Below are positions 34,477-44,292 of a stretch of DNA of 51,294 bases, piece after piece; position 1 is the stretch's first letter; each line of letters opens with the position of its first letter. The translations under genes were made by a program, and so were the position numbers. The stretch lies in the IMG/VR virus record IMGVR_UViG_3300035670_000302, positions 1 to 51,294 of that record. One strand, given 5' to 3'. The notes under the pieces were generated by a model. That model ran no database searches. It saw only the letters and a list, made by a program, of their open reading frames with translations, and had not been told where the DNA came from. Source of the DNA: a virus. Taxonomy: Duplodnaviria > Caudoviricetes.

Positions 34477-37400
34477 TAGACCTCCTTCAACCCGGTGGGG
34501 GTTTCAGCCACATGGATCGACCGGATGCGGATGTCACCTTCGACGCCTACTTCAAAGGTGTCAGACTTGTACCCCGCCGGCAAACGGAAGACTTTGCTGT
34601 CAGTGATGGGCACCGTCGCCAGTAGTTCTTTATCAACCCACAGTTTGAAATTGATAGGCGATGCGGCGTTCCACGACAGGGTTGTCGTTGGCAATCCTGA
34701 AGGTACAGTCCCAGTGCTGTTAGTCACAGTAAAACCTGTGGGGATTGCATACGACAGAGAAGAAGGGTTGAAATCAACCCCGACAGTAAATGCGCCTATT
34801 GCGTTATTAAGATTATTTACCCCTGCATACACGTATAATTCGTTGTTGGGAGTAAACTCCCACACGTGCCCGGTTCCTGCTTCTGGGTCGCCGCTCCAGA
34901 TACCCTTAGACCCTACCCACAATTTACCGGCGTCGAAGTCAATAGCGACCATAATCTTTTCCCCGGCGTTATAGATTTTCGTAACCGCAGGGTCTATGGT
35001 CGACGTTGACGTAGTGTAGAGGCCGCTTCCGGGATTAAATTTTTGACCGACACTTGAGATTGGTGCTGGAGTTGGCGCACCGCTTGCCGGGGTAAGCCCC
35101 ACAAAATTAAAAGCACAGAACTCTACTTCCTTGAATTGCGGGAGAGCCGGCCCACCACCAGTCGTACCCGCTGGCTGGTAGTTAAGGTCCATACCCCCTT
35201 CCCCAAAAGTTAAGAAGCATTCCGCTTGCGGGTCAGTTATAAGATTACCCCCTGCGTACCCATTAGCCTCAAAATAAATCTTACCGGAAGTGGTAGAAAA
35301 TTCAGAAACGCCAAAGTCGTAATTAGGCGGGCCTATAAGAGTGCTAGATATAGAGTTTGATGAGACATTGAGGCCGTTAAAACCTATGGCGTACAAATCT
35401 TGGTTAAAACTGTTGTATTGACTAGGGTTGTTTTGGTTCCAAGGTTTGTATCCGGTTGGTGGTGTATACGCAAAAGCACTGTCACCAAAGTTTGCGGTAA
35501 CTTTTTGCGTAGTTGACGTCCCATCAAGCGTAACGTATGGAGCAAGAAACGCAGAATAGGGAGTAAGCGGTTGGCTATTCAAAACAAAAATACTTGCCCC
35601 ACCAGAGAGGGTTGCCGGGTTACCGTTAAACCAAACACCATTTCGCCCAAACCATACCTTGCCCCCCATCAAGTTTCCGGGTACCCAACCGTTGTTGTCC
35701 CCACATCTTACAGCGACCATTAAGACATCGCCCTGTTGGGCGTCTCCAAAAGCGGACAGGTCATCCTGTGTGATAGAAATATTGGTTACTTCGTTAAGGG
35801 TTACTCCTGCGCCGTCTGCAATATATCCAGAACCGCAGGCACTGGCGTTAAATCCGATCTTTGTATTCTGATCATACAGAGCTTCCCCAACCCCAATAGA
35901 CAGAACACACGCCGGGTCTTTGACAGTGTATGTCAGTTCGAAATAATAAAACCCTGTAGCCCACGTCTTAACCGCTCTGGCATTAAGGAATGCCGATACA
36001 GACGTACCATCATGTTGAATGGCATGTCCGTTATCAGTGATCGACACTCCGGAAGCGCTGTGTCCTTGGCTCCATAAGGCGTTATACGTCAGAGTTGTAG
36101 ACGCAGAGGGAGGGATCGGCACTGGTGAGGCGTACCAATAATCCGTAACGTCCTCCCAGTCCACGGCTAGGTCACCGGCTCCTGTGTAGTCAGCGACAAC
36201 GCGGGCCGCGCCCAAGTTGATAGGCTCCTTAGTGATGAACACCTTAGACTTCCAATCCATCGAAGCGGCTGGTTGTGTCAGGTCATTCCACTGGGAGATA
36301 TTGAATACGCCGGGATTGCTCCCTTCTGTCGGGCCAGCGAGGAAAAGCTGGTCGGCAACAGGGTCGTACCATGTAGCCTCTATGTCCACAAGGCTGTCAG
36401 TCAGCGTGACAAATGTAGGTGGGTTAGCCCCGTAGTCAAATGCAAAGCCGCCGGTCGAGTGCGTCGCAATATACGTCTCTTCGGATACCCCGCCGACTAT
36501 CGTGGACGGCACAAGTTCTGCGGCCCACGTCTCAGAGTTGAACGCATACTTGGTAATGATGTTTGGCGAAGACCCCGGACTCAGGGCTACCAGACCGTCG
36601 TTGGAGGCATAGATGATACCGCCTGTGATCGTGGCTACGCTCCGCTTGGACACACATGGGAACAGTGCGTCGATCTTGGATGGCGTCATATTCGCCGGAT
36701 CGTTACCTGTGATCAGGTAGGGGTACCCATTGGTCAGCGCGATGAGGGTGCCATTAGACTGCACAAGCGCAACGACCTTATGCTCCAGCTTGATGACGTA
36801 CTTAGCCGGCCATGCGGAAGGCATACCGACGCGACTGAAGTAAACCTCATGCTCTACGAATCCGGCGAGGATGTCGTTCTGGGCCTCCGTAATGCCGCTG
36901 AGGTTTTCAGGCGGTGGGTCGTTGTCTTCGGAATCCAGAATAGTGAACAGTTCTTTGGAGTCGAAGTCGTCTATGAAATCGTACGCCCCGTCTTCCGCGT
37001 AGTAGCGCGGAGCGTCAGTAATAGGATTCTGCGAAACGTCGTAGTACAAGGTCGCCGCGAAGAATACCCCGGTAGCGGTAACTGCGAAGTCACTGCCCGT
37101 GTTGGCGAACGTAAAATTATAAGGATCAACCACCTCGGTAACGACGCCTTCGCCGTTGATACCGGCGGCAGTACCCGTAGCACCAAGGATTTGGAACCGA
37201 TCACCTACCCCCAGTTTGTGCGGGACTAGGAATCCGACAGAGGCGACGTTGCTGGTACGAGAGGCGACAAACAATCCAGTTGGGTACCACAGAGTAACCA
37301 GTTTGTAGTACTGCGTACCGGACAACGCCGGTAGAGTACGGTAGATATTTACTGCCCGGACGCGGTAGAAGTCAGAGGGAAGATGTGCGTTGGCCCCGTA

Positions 37401-39230
37401 AACAAACGCATTCGCCCAAGGTATACCATCACCTGTGTCAGCAGTCCCTACGCCACGGGCAGGTAGCGTTACCGGGTCACCATCGTAAGTGTATATCTCT
37501 TCAGACGGCTCAGACGGGATAGACTCTTCGTCCCACTGGGACAGCCAAGTATAGACGTACGTCCGCGCTTGCTTAGTGCCGCCGCGAGAGATAGTACCTG
37601 TGTCGTCGATATTACGTGTCTCAGGATACGCAAATCCCGGACGGTAGTAAGTGAATGTGTAATCGTCAACGACCTGAACTTCTACATTCGGCGCGTTGAA
37701 GCTACTGAAATCCAGTCGTACAACCCCAGTCATGGGGTCAGTGGTATTTGGTATGTTAATCTGGAATGAGTTAGCGTCAACGACTGACGAAACAGAGTAG
37801 ATACCGCTCTGTGCGTTACCTGTAGTGAAAGTCAGTTGTATCTGCTGGTTCAACGTAAGCTGATGCGACGGCAGGGTGACAAGCAGTGTAGTGTTATTGA
37901 CTTTACTGTAGGTACCCGTGATGTACTTCATGTTGGCTATCGTCACCAACAGCCCCGAAGTAAGTTTGTGCGCTATCGGAAATTCCCTGACTCCCGTCGT
38001 ACCGCCGGAAGTATTGAATATCTCCCACACCTTTGCCGTTATACGTTTCGCGCCTATGTCGGCACCGTTCGATATCCACTGAATTGTGTATTTGTATTCG
38101 GTACTACCAAGGGGCAGATTAACCGTAGTACGCACATAACCAATAATTTGTGCGCCGGTGACGGCGGTATTGAAGTTACTGTCGGATGCGTCCGTTAGCC
38201 GGATGTAGTCTCCAGCGGCAAACTTCTCAAACAATGACCGCCCCGGAGTACTGTCTTTAAGTGCTGTAACGTAGGTAAGAGTCACTACGTTACTTGAGCG
38301 GGAAATACGGAGCGTGGCAGACCGCTGTTCAGGAATAATCCCGTAACTTATAGTATTCCCTGAACTACCCGTAGTCGAGTTAAACACTGAAAGTGTACCC
38401 GACGTGGACAACGACGTGGCCGCAGTATAGGTAAATGTGTTGGTGGTAACGGAACTTACAGCATAAAGTCCGTCTACCGCTGTACCAGACAGTATGTCCA
38501 CCGCGATAACATCATTCGCATTAAATCCGTGGTTGGCGTAGCTGACCGTAACAGTAGTACCTGCCTGCGTATAAGTGGGCACCACGCTAGGTGCATCAGT
38601 CGTGGCGTACCCCACGCACTTGATGGTCACAATCCCGCTGTTGTCACGGGAGAATTTGAACGTGCGCTCCGATGACCCCCCGATATTAACGAACGGATTG
38701 ACTGTAGTAAGAAGTTTGTCCCCGTCCTCGGGTATCGGCATACCGAGCTTGAGGTACTGCGGATCGCCCCACTTACTGGTGAGGGCGCTGTACCAACCGT
38801 TGATATACCACGACGCCTTCTCACTGTTGGTTGGGTCGTTCGCCAACGCGAACACCCACCACAACTCCATGATGGCATAGCTGGACTGGCGCGGCTCACC
38901 GTCGCCGGTGTAGTAGAACCGCCGTTCGCTACGGTACCCGTTGACCGCAGGGACGAACACAAGGTCGGAGTTACCGCTCTCTACCACATCCACGTCGGCT
39001 TCAAAGACGAGCCACTTGATCTCGTTATTGTACCCACGAACAGGTCGGAAGTATTGGATGTTGTTGGTGGCGTACTGCCCCGTGACTACCTTGGGTGTGG
39101 GGTAGGGGATCAAGTCTCCGGAATAGAGCTTGGTATTCTCAGCCACCTGCGCCGATGTCATCTCTGGCAACAGTTCAGGGGATACCTTGGGCTGAATCCC
39201 AAGAAACTTTAGAAGCTTGATCCCGGCCAT
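34476..39230 (-). CDS. Tail nozzle/stabilisation protein (tail tubular B-like) with inserted beta-repeat and SPRY-like domains
   Basis: N-terminal F.GI.PK..PELLP...AQ.A.N; core RTYVYT..EES.PS, EVYFS..PSAWP, PCVSKRS, YASNDGLV; C-terminal FRLPAGY. Confidence 0.75.
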   Translation of the reverse strand: MAGIKLLKFLGIQPKVSPELLPEMTSAQVAENTKLYSGDLIPYPTPKVVTGQYATNNIQYFRPVRGYNNEIKWLVFEADVDVVESGNSDLVFVPAVNGYRSERRFYYTGDGEPRQSSYAIMELWWVFALANDPTNSEKASWYINGWYSALTSKWGDPQYLKLGMPIPEDGDKLLTTVNPFVNIGGSSERTFKFSRDNSGIVTIKCVGYATTDAPSVVPTYTQAGTTVTVSYANHGFNANDVIAVDILSGTAVDGLYAVSSVTTNTFTYTAATSLSTSGTLSVFNSTTGSSGNTISYGIIPEQRSATLRISRSSNVVTLTYVTALKDSTPGRSLFEKFAAGDYIRLTDASDSNFNTAVTGAQIIGYVRTTVNLPLGSTEYKYTIQWISNGADIGAKRITAKVWEIFNTSGGTTGVREFPIAHKLTSGLLVTIANMKYITGTYSKVNNTTLLVTLPSHQLTLNQQIQLTFTTGNAQSGIYSVSSVVDANSFQINIPNTTDPMTGVVRLDFSSFNAPNVEVQVVDDYTFTYYRPGFAYPETRNIDDTGTISRGGTKQARTYVYTWLSQWDEESIPSEPSEEIYTYDGDPVTLPARGVGTADTGDGIPWANAFVYGANAHLPSDFYRVRAVNIYRTLPALSGTQYYKLVTLWYPTGLFVASRTSNVASVGFLVPHKLGVGDRFQILGATGTAAGINGEGVVTEVVDPYNFTFANTGSDFAVTATGVFFAATLYYDVSQNPITDAPRYYAEDGAYDFIDDFDSKELFTILDSEDNDPPPENLSGITEAQNDILAGFVEHEVYFSRVGMPSAWPAKYVIKLEHKVVALVQSNGTLIALTNGYPYLITGNDPANMTPSKIDALFPCVSKRSVATITGGIIYASNDGLVALSPGSSPNIITKYAFNSETWAAELVPSTIVGGVSEETYIATHSTGGFAFDYGANPPTFVTLTDSLVDIEATWYDPVADQLFLAGPTEGSNPGVFNISQWNDLTQPAASMDWKSKVFITKEPINLGAARVVADYTGAGDLAVDWEDVTDYWYASPVPIPPSASTTLTYNALWSQGHSASGVSITDNGHAIQHDGTSVSAFLNARAVKTWATGFYYFELTYTVKDPACVLSIGVGEALYDQNTKIGFNASACGSGYIADGAGVTLNEVTNISITQDDLSAFGDAQQGDVLMVAVRCGDNNGWVPGNLMGGKVWFGRNGVWFNGNPATLSGGASIFVLNSQPLTPYSAFLAPYVTLDGTSTTQKVTANFGDSAFAYTPPTGYKPWNQNNPSQYNSFNQDLYAIGFNGLNVSSNSISSTLIGPPNYDFGVSEFSTTSGKIYFEANGYAGGNLITDPQAECFLTFGEGGMDLNYQPAGTTGGGPALPQFKEVEFCAFNFVGLTPASGAPTPAPISSVGQKFNPGSGLYTTSTSTIDPAVTKIYNAGEKIMVAIDFDAGKLWVGSKGIWSGDPEAGTGHVWEFTPNNELYVYAGVNNLNNAIGAFTVGVDFNPSSLSYAIPTGFTVTNSTGTVPSGLPTTTLSWNAASPINFKLWVDKELLATVPITDSKVFRLPAGYKSDTFEVGVEGDIRIRSIHVAETPTGLKEV

Positions 39231-39240
39231 CGTAGTACCT

Positions 39241-39705
39241 CTATGTGGTCAACCCTTGGAGGTAGACCGTCTTGCCATCTTTACGGGTTGCCGTCAGCAC
39301 TTGCTTGCGTAGGTCTTGAGCGTCGTAGGACACATGGACCCACCCGCTGTCGGGGATACCCGGAGTATAGAACTCCAGAATGACTTGTGTGAACGGGAGG
39401 TTGTCCCAAATGTACCGAGCCAGCGTGGGGTTGGAGATACCGGGAATCTCTATATCAGCCGCACACCCTGTCATGTGGTCAGAGGTCTTGGCCCCGCCTA
39501 TGGCGCGGTTCAGTTCTGCCGAGCGGTACCCGCTGGAGACGATGATCGGACGCCCGTAGTGATCTCGCACAGGCTGTAGGATATTCCCCACAAGAAGTTT
39601 AAGGTTGGCAATGACAACCTGCGAGGGGGTGTTGTCGATCCCCAAGCGCTCAGCCTGTTGGCTCTTGGTCAACTCCGCAAGGGAGAAGTTCTTACTCAGT
39701 TGCAT
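39241..39705 (-). CDS. Endolysin, peptidase M15 family
   Basis: LSKNFSLAEL..S, SGYRS..LN..IGG...SDHM.G.AAD, WVHVS. Confidence 0.9.
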   Translation of the reverse strand: MQLSKNFSLAELTKSQQAERLGIDNTPSQVVIANLKLLVGNILQPVRDHYGRPIIVSSGYRSAELNRAIGGAKTSDHMTGCAADIEIPGISNPTLARYIWDNLPFTQVILEFYTPGIPDSGWVHVSYDAQDLRKQVLTATRKDGKTVYLQGLTT

Positions 39706-39886
39706 CTTTTTTGTCCGGGGTGACGATGCCTACGCCACCGGCAAGGGCAAGCCCCACGGTGATGATCGCCTCGCCCATAGCCGGAGCAATGGGTACACCG
39801 ACAGCGGTCAACAGGAGGATAACCCCACGCCACGTTGAGGGTTCTTTCAGCCGAGCCTTGATGTACTTCTTGGTATTAGGACTCAT
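39692..39886 (-). CDS. Holin candidate
   Basis: RLKEPSTWRG plus two transmembrane segments, adjacent to the endolysin. Confidence 0.75.
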   Translation of the reverse strand: MSPNTKKYIKARLKEPSTWRGVILLLTAVGVPIAPAMGEAIITVGLALAGGVGIVTPDKKDATE

Positions 39887-40113
39887 TTCAGCAACTCCTT
39901 CAGGGATACGTTACCGATAATCAGGGCAGTGACCACCGCCCCAACCATCCAGAAGACCTTATGGACTACGCTCTTACCGACCGATGCATACACCTCCGTG
40001 GTCATTTTTGCTACGGCCAACTCAGCGGCTCTTTGAGCGATATGCTCTATTTGCTCGTCGGTTAGGGCAGGCGCACGGCGGCGCTCTACTCCGGTGTATG
40101 CTTCTTCGTCCAT
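39883..40113 (-). CDS. Membrane protein in the lysis cluster
   Basis: YTGVERR N-terminus, single C-terminal TM segment. Confidence 0.7.
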   Translation of the reverse strand: MDEEAYTGVERRRAPALTDEQIEHIAQRAAELAVAKMTTEVYASVGKSVVHKVFWMVGAVVTALIIGNVSLKELLK

Positions 40114-40117
40114 GTCA

Positions 40118-40264
40118 CTACGCCTTCTTGCCTTTCATAAGGCACTTGCCAGCGGCCTTGCACTTGGCTGGTGTAGGACATCCGGGGCAGGGCTTGAAGA
40201 CCATACCGCCTTTCTTGTACGCCGGCATTTTGGATTTACCTGAAGCAGGTTTCTTGTTCATCAT
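40118..40264 (-). CDS. Small basic Cys-rich protein (48 aa, not in ORF track)
   Basis: AAGGGG SD; MMNKKPASGKSKMPAYKKGGMVFKPCPGCPTPAKCKAAGKCLMKGKKA. Confidence 0.7.
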   Translation of the reverse strand: MMNKKPASGKSKMPAYKKGGMVFKPCPGCPTPAKCKAAGKCLMKGKKA

Positions 40265-40275
40265 GGTGGTTCCCC

Positions 40276-40578
40276 TTAGTGTCTGTCTTCGTCTTCGCGG
40301 CCAAGGCGAACGACAACGGAGCTACCCGCGCCAAGTTCGCCACTCTTGATCCCAATACGGTAGTACATCAACTCCGGGTCGAAACCGTAGTCTTCCGTAG
40401 CCCCTGTAAAGGTGTCAACGTCATACCACGTCGCACCGTTGTCGATGTTCCGCTGGACGGTGATCGTCGTCCCGGTATTGATGGTGCCACTGATGCTCAG
40501 GTTGAAGTACCCCTCCAACCGCGCTGAAGCAGTGAAGGTGTCGTCAGTGGTGATGGTGTCGCTGATTAGAGTTGCCAT
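40276..40578 (-). CDS. Hypothetical beta-rich virion protein
   Basis: AGGAG SD; TITVQRNIDNGATWYDV. Confidence 0.75.
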   Translation of the reverse strand: MATLISDTITTDDTFTASARLEGYFNLSISGTINTGTTITVQRNIDNGATWYDVDTFTGATEDYGFDPELMYYRIGIKSGELGAGSSVVVRLGREDEDRH

Positions 40579-40581
40579 GGA

Positions 40582-40722
40582 TTACTCCTGCGGAGGCTGA
40601 ACCTGCGGTTGGGCTTGGGTCTTGATCTTCTCAACCAAGGGGAACACGGCCTTGTAAGGCAGTTCACCAAGGGCTTGAAGGAGGAAGTTTACTTCTTCAA
40701 CAGTAAGATCCAGCTTGATCAC
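40582..40722 (-). CDS. Small tail-fibre-associated protein (46 aa, GTG start, not in ORF track)
   Basis: (M)IKLDLTVEEVNFLLQALGELPYKAVFPLVEKIKTQAQPQV; AAGGAG SD. Confidence 0.7.
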   Translation of the reverse strand: MIKLDLTVEEVNFLLQALGELPYKAVFPLVEKIKTQAQPQVQPPQE

Positions 40723-41051
40723 GCAGAGGCTCCTTGCGCCCATGGCAGAGCAGGGCTAACGATGGGTGGGTTGATTTGGTTGTCGATTTGGGCCTGAACA
40801 GCCGCCTCGGTAGCATCCTTGTCCACACCGTTTGCCCAACACCAGCCCAATACCTGATCCAAAGTCAGGTCTTCATAGGGGGTGAAGTCGCCTTCCGGTG
40901 CAGGGAAGGAACAGGTGGCGTACACGGAACCAGTGTAGTTCTCATCTACGCCAGTGCAACGCCAGTGAGCGGTTACCACCACATCGGAGTATTCACCCTC
41001 AGACGGTTTGCAGTTCAATTGGGAGATTTCCCAAGTCATTACGGTTGCCAT
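40719..41051 (-). CDS. Tail-fibre-associated (chaperone-like) protein
   Basis: TWEISQL...VVVTAHWRC...FTPYEDLT..QVLGW...LPW; directly downstream of the fibre gene. Confidence 0.7.
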   Translation of the reverse strand: MATVMTWEISQLNCKPSEGEYSDVVVTAHWRCTGVDENYTGSVYATCSFPAPEGDFTPYEDLTLDQVLGWCWANGVDKDATEAAVQAQIDNQINPPIVSPALPWAQGASA

Positions 41052-41069
41052 GTCATATGCTCCTGTTGA

Positions 41070-42944
41070 TTATGGGCCAGCGTCACGCCACTGACCGCCT
41101 GAGTAAAAGTAAAGTTTGTTGTTGGTGGTATCGACCACGATTGGGGCAGTACCGGTTTGCGTGGTTGGCGTTCCAGTAGGAGTGCCTGCACAAGTGGGGA
41201 CGTAGAGGAAGCCGTCAGTAGCCGTGGTGGCAAGAGCGGCAGTACCCACTACCATGCCGCCTGCTGCGGGGATGCGGGCGCGTTCTGTGTTGTTGGTTTC
41301 AAAAACAAGTGGCGTATTTGCAATGTTTCGGAGTGCGGCAGCGTCTGTGCTGTATCGACCTGCCTTGTCATACATCAAATAAACACCATAACCTCCGTTG
41401 TCATTCACGCCCATACCGCGAACACCTGCGGCTGGCGTATTTATTTGAATATCAAAGTTGTTGTCGACACTGCTGGTCGTCCCAACCAACAAATTCCCAC
41501 TAGCATCCAGCGTCATTGCTTGGGTGAAAGTGATGGCGTTACCTGCGGTGCCGGATGGAGCGTTGAACCACTGATGCGCCCCATTCTGCTGCGTGTATCG
41601 GGTGGCTGCGGCGCTTGTGGTGTACGTCCATGTACCGCTGCCATAGAACGTATTTGACATATAATGCGCGTTCGGGCCAGCGGTTGCGATCATGCCGCCG
41701 TTCTTCATCTCAAATGCAGGTTCAACCCACGCGCTCAGCGTAACCCCGAGGCCGAGGTTGCCGCTCGCATCCAACGTCATTGCTTGCGTGAAGCTGATGG
41801 CGTTACCGGCAGTGCCTGATGGAGCGGTGTCCCATTTATGAGTTCCATTTACTTGCTCATAACGAGTAGCAGCTTGGGTTGTTTTGTAAATCCAATTTGA
41901 ACCGTTGAAATACGCATTTGCTCCAGATGACAGAACGCCGGATGTGCTGTAAACGTATGCGTTTCCATTTAGCTCTAAGATGCCGGGGCCAACTCCGCTC
42001 CAAGCACTAGGCGTAACCCCGAGGCCGAGGTTGCCGGAGGAGTCGATACGCATACGTTCTGTGTTGCTGGTATCAAACGCTAAGTATCCGGCTTTGTCGT
42101 TGTGAACATTCCAGTTAGTACCATCTGGAGTTCCAACATACCCAAGGCGCGTAGAAGTATTGGTTTCGTAAAAATCTATAAAGTTGCCGGTGTTTACGTT
42201 TCTGAATCGAGCAGTAGTCCCGCCGGATGTAGATACAACGTCTAATTTTGCACCGGGCGAACCCGTATCAATCCCCACGTTGCCTGTGGAGGTGATCCGC
42301 ATACGTTCGGTGGTGTTGGTGAACCAAATATGGTGCTGAGCAGCCATATACTGGTTATTGAAATCCGCGCCGTCAAACTGGTTGCCAACATATCCAGTAG
42401 TAGATCCACCAAACTTAAAAGTTAGCCTGGTTCCTGCTGCGGTGTTTGCGCTTGAGTTAGTCAGAACCAGCCCAATAGGTGATGCTACGTTTTGAGAGTT
42501 TGCTAGGTTTGTCCCATCAAACGACAACGAAGAACCGGTAGTTATGGCTTTTGAAGCATCGAGGTAAGCAACACCATTAACTGTGCCTCCGCTTAATGTG
42601 GCAGTCCCCGAAACGCTAAGGTTTACAAAGTTGCCATCAGCGCCGCCTTCAACCCGTTGCCATACGGAACCGTTGAATACCGCCCAATCACCCACTCCCC
42701 AGTTGGTAACACCGTTCAGATTCGTATTACCCGCAACAGAGACGATGTAGAACTGTCCGAGTGTACCCACACTGGAAGTCAGTGTGGGGGTATTTGTGGA
42801 AGCGTTCCACGCACCCTCATAGTCCAGCCCGGAGAAGGTGTTACCGTTGATCACGATAGGCCCTTCAATACTGAGGGTTCCCTCAACCGTAACGTCGTTG
42901 AAAGTTGGATTGCGTCCGAAGATGCCGCCGTGCTTCTTAATCAT
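41070..42944 (-). CDS. Tail fibre / receptor-binding protein with repeated modules
   Basis: Y.GAWNASTNTPTL N-terminal domain; repeated TERMRI.S.GN.G and TQAMTLDASGNL units. Confidence 0.85.
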   Translation of the reverse strand: MIKKHGGIFGRNPTFNDVTVEGTLSIEGPIVINGNTFSGLDYEGAWNASTNTPTLTSSVGTLGQFYIVSVAGNTNLNGVTNWGVGDWAVFNGSVWQRVEGGADGNFVNLSVSGTATLSGGTVNGVAYLDASKAITTGSSLSFDGTNLANSQNVASPIGLVLTNSSANTAAGTRLTFKFGGSTTGYVGNQFDGADFNNQYMAAQHHIWFTNTTERMRITSTGNVGIDTGSPGAKLDVVSTSGGTTARFRNVNTGNFIDFYETNTSTRLGYVGTPDGTNWNVHNDKAGYLAFDTSNTERMRIDSSGNLGLGVTPSAWSGVGPGILELNGNAYVYSTSGVLSSGANAYFNGSNWIYKTTQAATRYEQVNGTHKWDTAPSGTAGNAISFTQAMTLDASGNLGLGVTLSAWVEPAFEMKNGGMIATAGPNAHYMSNTFYGSGTWTYTTSAAATRYTQQNGAHQWFNAPSGTAGNAITFTQAMTLDASGNLLVGTTSSVDNNFDIQINTPAAGVRGMGVNDNGGYGVYLMYDKAGRYSTDAAALRNIANTPLVFETNNTERARIPAAGGMVVGTAALATTATDGFLYVPTCAGTPTGTPTTQTGTAPIVVDTTNNKLYFYSGGQWRDAGP

Positions 42945-42947
42945 TTA

Positions 42948-43619
42948 TCACGCTCCAAAAGGTGGTATGCGGACGGACATGGCCCCGCGCATGTTGCCGA
43001 GGTTAGCCCGTGCCCGCCGCTCAGTGAGCTTGGACAGGTACTGTCTCATGTGGTATGCCGCCGCTTCACGGTCAGACCAGTTTTGGTTGGGGAGCATCAG
43101 GAGCCGTTGGAGCGTATTGTGGACAATCGCTTCCTCAAGTTCGTTGAACACCGCCTCGTCCATGTTGGTCGCTGACTTGGTAGGCTTGATCGCCAGAGTC
43201 AGAACAAGGTTGTAGGTGGAACCCGTCTCCGGCTTGGGGAGAAGGATATACTGCGTCGTGTTGATCTGGCAGAAGACCTGCGGCTGGCTTGCCTGATCCG
43301 TCGAATCCCATTTGGGAAACCGCTTCAGCGCCGTGTCGAGCGTCAACGGCTCAAGCGAAGGGCCGTCCACCAGCGTAGCGTCGAAGACTGCGTGTACCTC
43401 AGCCGCAAGCGGGGTAACCCCGTCTACGAGCGCGGGGTATGAATAGGTAGACTGGAGCGGAGTCAGCGCGATGTTACCCGTCCGATACCGCCAGAAGAGA
43501 GTGCGCTCACAGGCTTCGATTGCCGCCTTGCGGACGTACTCAATGATCGTAGGCGTAGGGCATCCCGGCGCACTCGCCGCGATGGTAGGCACAAGGGTAG
43601 AGAACAGCCGTGTAGCCAT
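42948..43619 (-). CDS. Head-tail adaptor / tail tubular A-like protein
   Basis: PGCP...I...VRKAAIE.CERT.FWR; position in the virion operon. Confidence 0.65.
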   Translation of the reverse strand: MATRLFSTLVPTIAASAPGCPTPTIIEYVRKAAIEACERTLFWRYRTGNIALTPLQSTYSYPALVDGVTPLAAEVHAVFDATLVDGPSLEPLTLDTALKRFPKWDSTDQASQPQVFCQINTTQYILLPKPETGSTYNLVLTLAIKPTKSATNMDEAVFNELEEAIVHNTLQRLLMLPNQNWSDREAAAYHMRQYLSKLTERRARANLGNMRGAMSVRIPPFGA

Positions 43620-44290
43620 TAGATTACCTGCCTCTGCGGTCTAACGTAACCGGGTTGAGGGGAGAGTCCTGCGTCCTCAGTGTCCGTCAACGGACGAAGT
43701 TGGAGGTTGACCCCCAACGACTGAACAAACGAGTCGTAGTACAGCTTAGCCCGACCAGAGTTAATATGCTCGTCATCCTGCGACTCAGCCAGAAACACTA
43801 CGCAGTCTATAAGCGACGGTAGGTAGGTATCAGGTAGTTCAGTGATGGTATTCCCCGTTGCTGTGTACGTCGCAGGCGTATTGACGTATTCACCTATCAG
43901 GACGACCCCACTCGTAGGTCTTGGGTAGACGAAGAACTTGGTCGGGTTACGCACATGCCGTGCGTAGTTCACCGGCGTCCCCGCCGTGTCGCTCACCCAA
44001 CCCGGCGTTGACTGGTCTAACATTTCGCGGCTGACTTCAGTCAGTGCGTTGCCGCCACTGACGGAGAACAGTTCGACCAGCCGTACCCCACCGGCAGGAA
44101 TAGACTGGATAACCGTGTCCTGAGTCAGCGATATATTCCCGATAGTCGTGAAGAGATCGGGGCGAAGGTAAACCATCCGCTTCAGTGCTTGGTTCACAAA
44201 GCCAATCAATACGGAATCGCTGAAGCGATACGTCACTTTCGTATCTTGTAACAGCACCCGCGCTTGTCCGATCACATCACTCACAAGCAT
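43619..44290 (-). CDS. Head-tail adaptor-like virion protein
   Basis: VI..ARVLLQD...RFSD..L..FVN, FFVYPRP. Confidence 0.65.
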   Translation of the reverse strand: MLVSDVIGQARVLLQDTKVTYRFSDSVLIGFVNQALKRMVYLRPDLFTTIGNISLTQDTVIQSIPAGGVRLVELFSVSGGNALTEVSREMLDQSTPGWVSDTAGTPVNYARHVRNPTKFFVYPRPTSGVVLIGEYVNTPATYTATGNTITELPDTYLPSLIDCVVFLAESQDDEHINSGRAKLYYDSFVQSLGVNLQLRPLTDTEDAGLSPQPGYVRPQRQVI

Positions 44291-44292
44291 GA

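Noticed and set aside
27413-37229. Long plus-strand ORFs opposite virion genes (27413-28231, 30770-31510, 36273-37229 and others)
   Set aside because: Shadow frames of GC-rich or low-complexity coding sequence with no recognisable domains
41070-42944. Diversity-generating retroelement acting on the tail fibre
   Set aside because: No reverse transcriptase and no template/variable repeat pair differing only at adenines; the repeats are in-frame modules
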